The notes below the pieces were generated by a model. It saw only the letters and a list, made by a program, of their open reading frames with translations, was not told the DNA's origin and searched no databases. Both the position numbers and the translations under genes were made by a program. From a virus: a DNA stretch of 64,000 nt. Positions 19,873 to 29,262 of the stretch are shown here, in pieces. The stretch is taken from IMG/VR virus record IMGVR_UViG_3300002460_000025, positions 7,621 through 71,620 of that record; one strand, given 5' to 3'. Positions within the stretch are counted from its first letter, which is position 1. The number at the start of each line of letters is the position of its first letter.

Positions 19873-19873
19873 G

Positions 19874-20344
19874 ATGGCTGTTTACGGGACGGCAAAATCG
19901 GCGAATCCGCAACTAGCTAATACTCTAAATAGACTATCATTTGGAGGGAAATATGCTGGTTCCGTGGGAGGAATAAATAGTGGTGTACAGGGATCCTCTG
20001 CTCCTGCTCCCACATATTATCATTACACACGTACGGAAGCGCCAGATACACCCCAAGCTTATACCCCTAGGAAACCATCACCAACACCGGCTACACCCCC
20101 TCAACAACCGTATCCATCAAGTCAGTCTGGTGATGCTCAAGCGGCTCCTGCGACTGGCGGAGCCCAAGTCCTCGAAGGTCTCCAGCAAGCTGCCCCTCCC
20201 GGTGGTGGAGGGATGATGATGGGTGATGCTGGACCCGAACCCACTCCAGGCATGGGGATAGGTACAATTGGCACTCGTCCTGGACTTGGTCGTCGAACCT
20301 ATCCTATGGAAACTGCCTTGCAAGGGCTTCAACGAGCGTATTAA
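19874..20344 (+). CDS. Disordered putative internal protein
   Basis: Pro/Gly/Gln-rich; ends ALQGLQRAY. Confidence 0.6.
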   Translation: MAVYGTAKSANPQLANTLNRLSFGGKYAGSVGGINSGVQGSSAPAPTYYHYTRTEAPDTPQAYTPRKPSPTPATPPQQPYPSSQSGDAQAAPATGGAQVLEGLQQAAPPGGGGMMMGDAGPEPTPGMGIGTIGTRPGLGRRTYPMETALQGLQRAY

Positions 20345-20346
20345 CC

Positions 20347-20856
20347 ATGGCGTTCAGCAATTTTCTCAAATCCGGGTGGGGAACATTACCACCACCTCCT
20401 GCTCCAGTTCAGCAGACATCAAGTTATGGATTTGCTCCACCCACCCCAACCGTGATGGGCCCCCGCAAACCATCATCATCGCAACCATCATCGTCGATTG
20501 ATACGTGGCAAACGAGTACTGATGAGCGTCAAAATCCGTGGGTGACTCAATGGAAACAAGACAATCCTGGTGTTACAGGGGTCTCTGTAAATGATGCTTA
20601 TCAGCAGTGGAGAGATAAGCTACGTTCGAAGCAAACGTGGAAACCAGGAGATGCACCAATTCGAGTAGGTTTTGATAAACCTGGGCAGCAGGCACAACAA
20701 GGACTCCAGCGATCGGCTCCCGCTGCCGCCGTATCTCGTGGTATGAGCTATGCCGCGAAGGTCGGGAGTCCAGGACCAAAAACCTTCAAGAAACGCGCTT
20801 CCGATTTTGGGCCTCCCCAACAAGCAGCCATCACAGGACTTCAACAGGTCTCGTAA
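20347..20856 (+). CDS. Disordered putative internal protein
   Basis: Pro/Gln/Ser-rich; ends AITGLQQVS. Confidence 0.6.
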   Translation: MAFSNFLKSGWGTLPPPPAPVQQTSSYGFAPPTPTVMGPRKPSSSQPSSSIDTWQTSTDERQNPWVTQWKQDNPGVTGVSVNDAYQQWRDKLRSKQTWKPGDAPIRVGFDKPGQQAQQGLQRSAPAAAVSRGMSYAAKVGSPGPKTFKKRASDFGPPQQAAITGLQQVS

Positions 20857-20865
20857 GGAATCATC

Positions 20866-21318
20866 ATGCTAGGTGCAATGGGGAATTGGAATCCTTGGAT
20901 GCCTCAGGGACAAGGACAAGGATTACCTGCTGGTAATACCGGATTCACGGGTGGAATGTCCTATGGTGGAGGACCGTCCGCAGTGGATCCCAGTCGTATG
21001 TGGGGACCGATGACGGGCGGGTTCTATCAGAACTTTGATTCCACCGTCAATCGCAACTACCGCCCAGGATCAGCCCCTCGCGGTCCAGTCGCGCGGGCCG
21101 CGATTGGTGGGATCAAGAAAGCCGCACCTCCTCGTCCCATGGCAACCGCGATGGGTGGAGGAGCCCCACGTCCCGCAGGGGGTGGTTATAATACAGGCGC
21201 GACTGGGAGCATGACCTACGGCGGAGCCCGTCCTCAGACAGCCCTCTCACGATTCCGTCAGCAAGAACGCACACCCCAGGCCGGAGCGGCCCTCAGTGGT
21301 CTGCGAGGAAGTTACTAA
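20866..21318 (+). CDS. Disordered Gly/Met-rich putative internal protein
   Basis: AAGGA RBS; ends ALSGLRGSY. Confidence 0.6.
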   Translation: MLGAMGNWNPWMPQGQGQGLPAGNTGFTGGMSYGGGPSAVDPSRMWGPMTGGFYQNFDSTVNRNYRPGSAPRGPVARAAIGGIKKAAPPRPMATAMGGGAPRPAGGGYNTGATGSMTYGGARPQTALSRFRQQERTPQAGAALSGLRGSY

Positions 21319-21320
21319 TC

Positions 21321-21803
21321 ATGGCAGATATGTATGATCCCCTCGGTGTGGGTGCTCGACAGCGAGCGGCTGACTACCATCGACAGTGGGAAGAAGATCA
21401 GCGTGAACAGGCTCGCCAACAGGGGCAGTATGTCTCCTTCGGACAGCTAGGACCACTTCGTGATCCCAGTTGGGATGCGTACTTTCAGGTCCTCCAGGAG
21501 AAGGGTGTAGATCGCCTTGCCGGTGGGTCTCTCCCACAGTGGCAGCCTCCTCGGTCTACGGCTGGTGCTGGACAGACACCTCTCCCTGCGTACCAGGGAT
21601 TGATGGCGGCTGGTCCTCGTCGTCTCACAGACCAACCAACACAACGGTTGACGGATCGTCCCACTCAACCAAAAACGGATCGTCCCGATCAATCACAGAC
21701 CGCGATCGAGACACTCCTACGTCTCTTTCAGGGACAGTATGGGGCTCAACAAGAACGCAAGCGTCTCCGTCCACCGACGCAGGTGATGGGTCCACGAGGA
21801 TAA
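21321..21803 (+). CDS. Putative internal protein with 8-aa repeats
   Basis: RLTDQPTQ-RLTDRPTQ-PKTDRPDQ; contains AYQGLMAA. Confidence 0.6.
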   Translation: MADMYDPLGVGARQRAADYHRQWEEDQREQARQQGQYVSFGQLGPLRDPSWDAYFQVLQEKGVDRLAGGSLPQWQPPRSTAGAGQTPLPAYQGLMAAGPRRLTDQPTQRLTDRPTQPKTDRPDQSQTAIETLLRLFQGQYGAQQERKRLRPPTQVMGPRG

Positions 21804-21805
21804 TC

Positions 21806-21967
21806 ATGCCCGCACAACCACGATCATGGCAGTACGGTGACTCACCAGCCCCTCGCAATTGGCGTGAAGCGGCTGACGTCCTGAAACGTCTCCCACGCCC
21901 GAACAAGACATCGTCAGTGACGGCTCGTCTCGACACGATTGAACGTCTTCTCAAGGAGAAGAAGTAA
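21806..21967 (+). CDS. Small basic protein, 53 aa
   Basis: GAGGA RBS; TAATG overlap with the next gene. Confidence 0.55.
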   Translation: MPAQPRSWQYGDSPAPRNWREAADVLKRLPRPNKTSSVTARLDTIERLLKEKK

Positions 21968-22740
21968 TGCCTGCTTACGGTCAACAGCCTCCTTACACGG
22001 GGCCATTCGCGCTGAATCCATCCTTCCGGTGGCAACGTCCGTTTGAGGATCAAGAAGAGCTTGAGGCGATTGATGTCGATACACCACCGTTGCCTCCGGC
22101 TCCGCAACGATTCCAGTCTGATGTCATGCCTCCACGGCCCGTGCCAGAGGATGCTGATGAGATGATTCGCAACCGATCGGTCCCGGTGCAAGGTGGATTT
22201 GATCCAGAATCTAGTGTGCCTGGGGAGGCTACCTATGGTGGTCCTCGCCTCAACACTGAGGCCGCCCTCGCGGGGCTCAGGAATGCTCCTGTCAACCCGG
22301 AAATTGCCCGTATCCAGAATGCGTTTAACATCCGTTCGACGGGTCGTCCACAGGATCTTGCCTACAGTGGTGGCATCCTCGGTGATGTCGAGCAGAGCTT
22401 TGCTCCACAACGGGCGATGCTTGGTGATGTTGAAAAGTCGATGATGGCACAGCATCCAGCCGTGCGTGCGCTCCAAGAGCAGGAAGCTCGTCGAAAGGCG
22501 ATGGGTCAATCAGCGTATGCGGAAGGGCTGGCTGAACAGGCGGAGATTGGGGCTGAACAACGACGCGAAGAAGCGGAGCTGGACTTTGAAGCCAAGCGTC
22601 GTGCAGCCGGGCAGTCGGGTCGTGAAGCACAAATCAAAGCCTACACGGATATCCTCACCAGTCAAGGGGACGACGAGCAAGCAGAACGTGCTCGCACGTG
22701 GGCGCTGGAGAATTTGCTCAACCTCTTTGGTGGACAATAA
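21967..22740 (+). CDS. Putative internal virion protein
   Basis: Pro-rich N-half, helical C-half; contains ALAGLRNA. Confidence 0.6.
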   Translation: MPAYGQQPPYTGPFALNPSFRWQRPFEDQEELEAIDVDTPPLPPAPQRFQSDVMPPRPVPEDADEMIRNRSVPVQGGFDPESSVPGEATYGGPRLNTEAALAGLRNAPVNPEIARIQNAFNIRSTGRPQDLAYSGGILGDVEQSFAPQRAMLGDVEKSMMAQHPAVRALQEQEARRKAMGQSAYAEGLAEQAEIGAEQRREEAELDFEAKRRAAGQSGREAQIKAYTDILTSQGDDEQAERARTWALENLLNLFGGQ

Positions 22741-25700
22741 ATGCCCGAAGATCGAAAGGCTGCACGATCGGCTCGTCGAGAGGCGAGACGGAAAGAGTTC
22801 AATGACTTGATGCGGTCCCTCTCCGCACCTGAACCACCATTCGTTCCAGCCACGCCACTCCCTCCACCAGATCCCACCCTCTGGGAGAGATCAAAAAAGT
22901 TCGCCCCAACGGCTGTGAGGGGCATTGGTGGACTGCTTGGTGTCACTCCCGTGACGGGAGCGATCGGCGGAGGTGTGTCTGAACTGGCTGCTGAAGCGTT
23001 GGAAGGACGCTTTGCTCCCAAGGAAATCGCGACTGCGGCTGGTCTTGGACTTCTTGGTGGTGGAGCGGTCCGTACACTCTTGAAGAACGTTGGAGCCCCT
23101 CTCACAGCAGCGGCTCGAACAGTGCCATGGGCTGCGGCTCAACCTGTCGTGCGATCCCTGTCTGAGGAGGGTGAACTGCCTGAGGCTGGCGAGGTAGCAA
23201 CCAGTGTAGGTCTTCAAGCGGGTGTGGCCGGAGGTCTATCGAAATTGCTCGGGACGCTTGGTGTAGGTAAGATTGGTAAGATTGGATTAGAGACGGCTCC
23301 TCCGGCGGCGAAAGCGGTTCCTCCAGCCCCCCCTGTTCCAAAAGGTCCTGCCCTCCTGACCAATGCGGCCGGTGATGTCGTTCGTGTGAAGGATGTCCCC
23401 CTGACTCCGACAGGACCAATTACTGGCACACCATCTGATATCTCGAAGACGATTGCTCCTCTCATCAGAGGACCAATCGAGAAAGCATCGAATCTTGCAC
23501 GGAAGGAGACACGCTCTGCGTTAGAGAAGGCATTAGTTCCAGAACGTGAACCAGCAGGCATTCGTGCAAGTCGTACTGAGGCGACACGAGTACAGCGTGC
23601 AGAGGAAGCGGCTGACCGTGAGGCATTACGTCTGGCAGCGGCCGAGGAAAAGTCAGCTGCGAAAGCAGTAGATGACGCAGCGGCTCGTCATCGGATTGAT
23701 GAGGCCAAGTCACAGGGGATGACACCAGCGCCTCCATCAGTCAGTGAGACGGTCTCCGCGAGGATCCCTGGTGGGACAGAACGTCTCACCCAGAAGTACC
23801 GATTCCCGGAGGAACAGGTCGATGAAGGTGTCGAAGCTCTCGGGAATACCCTTGGCGTGACTCCTCCTCCCCCACCACGAGGAGTCCCATCAGCCTTACA
23901 GACTGAGGTGTCTGAGGAGGTGGCGAAAGAACTTCCACTCGCTCCGAGAGGGGTCACCAGTGATACGGAGGCAGCGGCTGAGGCCATTACAAAAACTCCA
24001 GGACAACCTGCTGTTCCGACTGAACCGATTCCTGCTCAAAATCGAGCCCAACCAGATATCATCCCCGAAACTCAAGCTCCTCCGATCACCCCACCTGTTC
24101 CTGAAACCACTCCACCATTCCTTGGTGGACAGGCGGAAGCTGTGGGCGGGGCCGAAACAACGATCCCCCTCTCTGCCATCCGTCGTGCGCCAGTCGATAT
24201 CGCTGGTGAGCACTATCGGGAACTTCAGGGACTCCTCAAGGGTCCAGGACAACAGGTCGGAGCCTTGGGACCAGTGACAGGTGAAGGATTGGAGAAGGGC
24301 ACTCGAACGGCTGGACGGGCGCTCCAGCGTGAAGCAGCCCAGGCAGGACTCCCCACGAGGGGGGCTGCTCAAGTCGCTCCTACGGCCCCTGTAAGCCCTC
24401 CAGCAGGCATTCCAGGCGCTCCAGCCACTTCTCCCACAGGACTGAGTTTCGAGGACATGATGAAGCGTGTCCAAACCCTTGGTCGCCGTCCAGGTGGGGC
24501 TGGTCGCTATGGGGAGGAACGCGGAGCCGTCACCCCTGAACTCGCGGCCCGCCTCGGCCTCGGTGTCTCCGGTGCCGTCCTCGGTGCCGCCTTGAGCCCA
24601 GACGAGGATCGTATGATCGGTGCGGCGATAGGAGCCGTTGCAGGCTCGTCCTTGCCGTTACTGCTCTCAAAAATGAGTCCTGCGGCGATCAAGGCCCTCC
24701 CACCATCTGTCATCTCAGATGCCACGCCAGAAGGTCAAAAAACGGCTCTCGAAACCATCACTCGGATGTTCCCCAACCTCATCCGATTCAATCTCCTTTC
24801 CAGCCCCAATCTGTTTAACAATGCGATTGCTGGTCCATGGGGAGCAGGCAAGATGGCCGGTCTGGAACTTCATCTTGCAGGCGATCCTCGTGGTCGCGTC
24901 GTCCTTGAAGGCATGCGCCCAGAAAATTGGGCGTCCGAGTTCATCAAGAGTTGGCCTGAAGCCAAAACCATCATCGGTGCGGCGGAGCGTCATGAAGGGC
25001 TGTCCATTGCAGAGGCGCCCACATTGCTGGAGCAGTTCCTCGCGGTTCCTGGAACCTTCCTCTCCATGGGTGACATCACGACTCGTCGTATTCTGACACA
25101 GGCGGGATTGACTGAGGCGGAAGCCAGAATGGTGACCCTCACGAGTGAACCAGAACTCGGCCTGACAAAAGGGATTGTCAACCTTCAGAGAAGTGGTGGA
25201 ATTGTAGGTCATAGCCTCCTCCCCTTCGCTCGAACACTCGCCAACGTCGTTGAACAGGGTGGATACCGTACTCCAGGTCTTGGTCCGATCCTTCAATCGT
25301 ATCGAACAAATCCTGCTCCAGCGAAGCTCCAAGCCATGCAACAACTCCTCGGTGGAGCTACCATTGCCGGATCAGGTGTGGCCGGAGCCGCTATTCCAGC
25401 TGGACTTGAAGCCGCAGGTATCTCTCCAGATAATGAACGATTACTGGAACGCACGCTGCGAAGTGGTGTGACCAACGTCGCTGGTCCTTATGCCCTTCTC
25501 GCGGCCATGGGGTATGCCGGTGGGAAAGCTCTTGGACAAGGCGAACCCGCCCGTGTTGCGGCAAGCACGGCCATGACAGAAGGAATGCGATCCCTCCCAC
25601 TCCCATCGACAGATATTCCAGAATCCTACAAACAATTCTTCCTCGGCTCTCGCACACAAGAACCATTCCAGAATATCCCTGCTGGATCACTCCCAACGTT

Positions 25701-25788
25701 TGCCGTGGAATTACTCAGACGTGCTGAGCCCGGTCGCAGACCACAGCTTCCACGGCGTCCACAGCGTCACACCCGTAAGGAACGGTAA
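22741..25788 (+). CDS. Large internal virion / ejection protein
   Basis: 1015 aa, Ala/Gly/Pro-rich with GxxxG hydrophobic segments; last gene before the lysis genes. Confidence 0.65.
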   Translation: MPEDRKAARSARREARRKEFNDLMRSLSAPEPPFVPATPLPPPDPTLWERSKKFAPTAVRGIGGLLGVTPVTGAIGGGVSELAAEALEGRFAPKEIATAAGLGLLGGGAVRTLLKNVGAPLTAAARTVPWAAAQPVVRSLSEEGELPEAGEVATSVGLQAGVAGGLSKLLGTLGVGKIGKIGLETAPPAAKAVPPAPPVPKGPALLTNAAGDVVRVKDVPLTPTGPITGTPSDISKTIAPLIRGPIEKASNLARKETRSALEKALVPEREPAGIRASRTEATRVQRAEEAADREALRLAAAEEKSAAKAVDDAAARHRIDEAKSQGMTPAPPSVSETVSARIPGGTERLTQKYRFPEEQVDEGVEALGNTLGVTPPPPPRGVPSALQTEVSEEVAKELPLAPRGVTSDTEAAAEAITKTPGQPAVPTEPIPAQNRAQPDIIPETQAPPITPPVPETTPPFLGGQAEAVGGAETTIPLSAIRRAPVDIAGEHYRELQGLLKGPGQQVGALGPVTGEGLEKGTRTAGRALQREAAQAGLPTRGAAQVAPTAPVSPPAGIPGAPATSPTGLSFEDMMKRVQTLGRRPGGAGRYGEERGAVTPELAARLGLGVSGAVLGAALSPDEDRMIGAAIGAVAGSSLPLLLSKMSPAAIKALPPSVISDATPEGQKTALETITRMFPNLIRFNLLSSPNLFNNAIAGPWGAGKMAGLELHLAGDPRGRVVLEGMRPENWASEFIKSWPEAKTIIGAAERHEGLSIAEAPTLLEQFLAVPGTFLSMGDITTRRILTQAGLTEAEARMVTLTSEPELGLTKGIVNLQRSGGIVGHSLLPFARTLANVVEQGGYRTPGLGPILQSYRTNPAPAKLQAMQQLLGGATIAGSGVAGAAIPAGLEAAGISPDNERLLERTLRSGVTNVAGPYALLAAMGYAGGKALGQGEPARVAASTAMTEGMRSLPLPSTDIPESYKQFFLGSRTQEPFQNIPAGSLPTFAVELLRRAEPGRRPQLPRRPQRHTRKER

Positions 25789-26058
25789 ATGGAAGCCCTT
25801 CTTTCGCTCCTGACCACACTCAATTCCCTCTCCCCTCTTGCCGTGATCGCCCTCCTCGGAGTGGTGATCTTCATGCTGGTAAAGCATAAGCCCGCGTCTG
25901 AACAAGCCATTACGGAGATCAAAGACAATCACCTCCACGAACTTCCGACCATCGCGATTGATATCAAGATTATCGCAGAAACCCTTCAACGTCTCGAAGT
26001 CAAGATGAGTGAGGAATTCAGCTACCTGAAAGCTCGCATCAATGGTGGGAGGCCCTAA
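25789..26058 (+). CDS. Putative holin
   Basis: One N-terminal transmembrane helix plus coiled coil, directly before the endolysin. Confidence 0.6.
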   Translation: MEALLSLLTTLNSLSPLAVIALLGVVIFMLVKHKPASEQAITEIKDNHLHELPTIAIDIKIIAETLQRLEVKMSEEFSYLKARINGGRP

Positions 26059-26540
26059 TGTCTGTTATCGATGATATCATCACGGACGTGATCAGGAGGG
26101 AGGCGGGTTACTCCAATGACCCTGCCGATGGAGGAGGTCGAACTGACAAAGGGATCTCCGAGCGATCACACCCAGATGCCTGGGCTGATGGGAAAGTCAC
26201 GGACCAGGAAGCCCGTGATATATACTTGAAAAAGTACGTCCTCGGTCCTGGGTTCGATAAGATTCCTGATCCGCACCTCATGGCTCACCTCGTCGACTAT
26301 GGTGTCAACAGTGGCCCCCTCATTGCGGTCCAGAAGCTCCAGACATTGGTTGGGGCTGATGTGGATGGTGTGCTCGGTCCCCAGACACTTGGCAAGCTTG
26401 CACAGTTTGACATGAGGACCATCAATAACCTCCTCGTCGGCGAGCGCGTCCGGATGATTGGGCGGATTGTCAAGAAAAATCCATCTCAACTGACGTTCCT
26501 GAATGGCTGGTTAGCACGAGCCACGGAGTTCCTACGCTAA
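26058..26540 (+). CDS. Endolysin, glycoside hydrolase family 108 with PG-binding domain
   Basis: EAGYSNDPADGGGRTDKGI, D.GVNSG, LQ...DG.LGPQT, FLNGWLAR. Confidence 0.92.
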   Translation: MSVIDDIITDVIRREAGYSNDPADGGGRTDKGISERSHPDAWADGKVTDQEARDIYLKKYVLGPGFDKIPDPHLMAHLVDYGVNSGPLIAVQKLQTLVGADVDGVLGPQTLGKLAQFDMRTINNLLVGERVRMIGRIVKKNPSQLTFLNGWLARATEFLR

Positions 26541-26986
26541 TGCCAAATCCTGCACTTGAAGGACTCCTCAACATCTTCCGACGGGAAGGTCCTCCCAACC
26601 TCTCTGAACGAGCCGCTGCCGACTATCCTGAGATGGAAGCGGCGTGGGCTGCGAGTCAGATCGAGATGCCGAAACAGGCACAATGGGTCCGATCCATTCG
26701 TCCTATGAATGTGTTGGAACGTTTTCTCAAACCACAAGCCCAAGCCATCACCCATCCATGGGGAACCATTGCCTACTCCCCACGCAAACTGCGTGAGGAG
26801 CAAGCAGACCTTGGTGATATGTTGGCCCACGAACTCACGCATGCGGGTCAATACCAACGTGAAGGGACTCTCGGGATGCTCAAGAATATCCTCACAGGAA
26901 AGAGTTCAGCTTACGAAGATGAGGCGTGGGGAGCCGAACAGAAGCGTCCCGTCCGTCGAGGTGATATCCAACTCCCACCAGACTAA
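26540..26986 (+). CDS. DUF4157-like zincin metallopeptidase
   Basis: AIT..G.I, LAHELTHAGQY, YEDEA. Confidence 0.75.
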   Translation: MPNPALEGLLNIFRREGPPNLSERAAADYPEMEAAWAASQIEMPKQAQWVRSIRPMNVLERFLKPQAQAITHPWGTIAYSPRKLREEQADLGDMLAHELTHAGQYQREGTLGMLKNILTGKSSAYEDEAWGAEQKRPVRRGDIQLPPD

Positions 26987-27029
26987 TGCTCACGTCACGT
27001 GTTGATGTGGATCGCTCGCCAGTCGACCG

Positions 27030-27059
27030 TTGACAATCCCGTTCGTTTCGTGATATGAT
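27030..27059 (+). promoter_or_regulatory. Sigma70-type phage promoter (conserved family)
   Basis: TTGACA-ATCCCGTTCGTTTCGTGA(18)-TATGAT. Confidence 0.75.
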
Positions 27060-27088
27060 TGTCGGACACCATCACACTAGGAGGCAGT

Positions 27089-27799
27089 TTGGATATTCTA
27101 GCCTACGATATCGAGGCGAGTAACCTCAACGCAGACTTCGGCATTGTCCTCACGTTTGGTTCCAAGTTCGTTGGAAAGGGTCGCACGGAAGTCCTCAACA
27201 TCCTCGACTATCAAGACACATCCAAGGATCTCATCAAGGCTGAACGACGTCTCCTCATCGATGTGTCCGAACGCATGTTGAGCGCGGATGTCTGGTTGGG
27301 TCACTATTCGACATGGTATGATCTCCCCTTCCTCAATTCGCGTCTCCTCTATCACAAGCTCCCCATCCTCCCGCCCAATTTCAGTCAACTCGATACCTGG
27401 AAGATCGCCAAGAATCGTCTGAAGCTCCGGAATAACCGTCTCGTGACGATTAGCGAATTCATCGGGACCAGAGACGAAAAGAATGCGATCAAGCCGGAAC
27501 AATGGCTTCGCGCTTTGTCTGGACATCGTCCATCGATGGACTACATTGTCGAACACAATCGCCGAGATGTCCTCGTGCTTGAAGAGGTGTACAATCGTCT
27601 GCGCCCTCTCGTCCTGGATCACCCCAACAAGGGCCTGATCGATGGTCGTGGTGGATGTGCCGTCTGTGGAAGCAAGAGACTCCAACGTCGCGGATTCCAC
27701 GTGACGAGGACTCGCAAGTATCGTCGTCTACAGTGTCAGGACTGCGGTGCGTGGTCCAAGGAAACGAAACCGATCGAGATCGCATCAGCGGCCCCGTAA
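27089..27799 (+). CDS. RNase H-like / DnaQ-type 3'-5' exonuclease with C-terminal zinc ribbon
   Basis: TTG after AGGAGG; YDIE, GHY..WYDLPFL, LDT, HNRRDV; CAVC..CQDC. Confidence 0.85.
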   Translation: MDILAYDIEASNLNADFGIVLTFGSKFVGKGRTEVLNILDYQDTSKDLIKAERRLLIDVSERMLSADVWLGHYSTWYDLPFLNSRLLYHKLPILPPNFSQLDTWKIAKNRLKLRNNRLVTISEFIGTRDEKNAIKPEQWLRALSGHRPSMDYIVEHNRRDVLVLEEVYNRLRPLVLDHPNKGLIDGRGGCAVCGSKRLQRRGFHVTRTRKYRRLQCQDCGAWSKETKPIEIASAAP

Positions 27800-27820
27800 C
27801 TCCAGAAAGGATCTATTGCT

Positions 27821-28162
27821 ATGGCATTTTCAGTGACAGCACGGAATGAAGCCCTCGACGGCATTCTCGTTGATCGGGTCTCCCTCCACAGTGGAGACCC
27901 AGGCACGACTGGGGCGAACCTCATTGTAGCCGGAGGCAAACTGGCAGCAACATTCAACGCGGCAGCGAGTGGTGAACGTCTCCTCAGTGCTGATGTCGCC
28001 TTCAGTGGGATGGTAGCCAGTCAGGCCGTGACACATTTCGGTGTCTGGTTGAACACGGGGGACGTGTTCAAGTGTGGGAATACGCTCACGGGTGACCAAG
28101 CAGCCAACACAGCTGGTGAATACACCCTGAAGGGCACCACGACCAAGATCACGGCAGCGTAA
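27821..28162 (+). CDS. Small fibre-associated structural protein
   Basis: VSLHSGDPGTTGAN and VTHFGVW motifs typical of phage fibre subunits. Confidence 0.65.
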   Translation: MAFSVTARNEALDGILVDRVSLHSGDPGTTGANLIVAGGKLAATFNAAASGERLLSADVAFSGMVASQAVTHFGVWLNTGDVFKCGNTLTGDQAANTAGEYTLKGTTTKITAA

Positions 28163-28174
28163 TCGAGCGAGACG

Positions 28175-29239
28175 ATGGCTCAAGAGCGGCTCGCACCTGA
28201 TGCGCTTCTAGAACAGACGAATCTCTCGGGCACCGTCGCTGACATCGACGACGACCCGGATTCGCCTGATGGCGCATGGCTGACGGCTCCGGGCAGTAAC
28301 AACAACACCACCGCCCGTGTCTCGTTTCCGCTCCCGAGCGGCGTCCCGACCATCGGAACAGGTCTCCAGGAATTTCGCGTCCTCGTTCGCAAGACCAACC
28401 ACTCGACCAACCCGACATGCGATGTCGAGTTGTACGAGAGCGGCGTGCTCGTCGCCACACTTATCAATGATCAGGCCATCAGTTCCACGTCCGGTGTAGT
28501 GCTGAGTGGGGCCTGGAATGCGAATCTGCTCACCGGAAGCGACGGCGGGAATGTCGAGTGTCGGGTTACGGGAACCGTCGGCGGGGGGAGTCCTGGGAAC
28601 CGCGCGAGCCTCGAAGTTGGGGCCGTCGAATGGAATGCGGAAATTGATACCGCTGCACCATCCGGGTCGGGCGTTCCTGCACTCACGCTCGGTGCATCCG
28701 GTGAGGGACGGACGGTTCAAAACGGATTCGCCATCGCCGCCCTGACGCTGGTCTTGGCAGGAGTTGGGACGACTATCCACAGCGGAAACGGGACGACCGT
28801 GCTTGTCCTTCAGGCCAGTGGGCAGGGGCAGACAGTCCACACGGGCTCGGGGACGGCAGGGCTCTTCCTGGATGCACAAGGCGAGGGTACAGTTCCCGTC
28901 CCATTTGGTGATGGGGCGGCATCCATCGTCTTGGGGGCGAGCGGTGAGGGAGAAACTGTTCATTCCGGCTTGGGCACTCTTGCCCTCTCGCTGTCGGCTT
29001 CAGGGGTCGGCGACACCGTCCACTCTGGCAGTGGTTCACTCGCCCTTGTGCTTGGTGCCCAAGGCGAGGGTGACACGCTTCATTCCGGATCGGGCACGAG
29101 TCCACTCGTCCTCACCCTTCAAGGCGAGGGCAGTAATAGCAGCTACTCACCTCCCCCTCCACTGACCCTGTCTGTCGTGGTGACCATCCCGTCTGTGAAG
29201 AACTTCACCGTCTGGGTGGATGATTTTGGACTCCGTTAA
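28175..29239 (+). CDS. Fibre-like protein with eight 20-aa beta repeats
   Basis: Repeat HSGxGxxxLxLxAxGEGxTV over the C-terminal half. Confidence 0.7.
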   Translation: MAQERLAPDALLEQTNLSGTVADIDDDPDSPDGAWLTAPGSNNNTTARVSFPLPSGVPTIGTGLQEFRVLVRKTNHSTNPTCDVELYESGVLVATLINDQAISSTSGVVLSGAWNANLLTGSDGGNVECRVTGTVGGGSPGNRASLEVGAVEWNAEIDTAAPSGSGVPALTLGASGEGRTVQNGFAIAALTLVLAGVGTTIHSGNGTTVLVLQASGQGQTVHTGSGTAGLFLDAQGEGTVPVPFGDGAASIVLGASGEGETVHSGLGTLALSLSASGVGDTVHSGSGSLALVLGAQGEGDTLHSGSGTSPLVLTLQGEGSNSSYSPPPPLTLSVVVTIPSVKNFTVWVDDFGLR

Positions 29240-29262
29240 GAGAGCACCAAGGAGAAACATCT

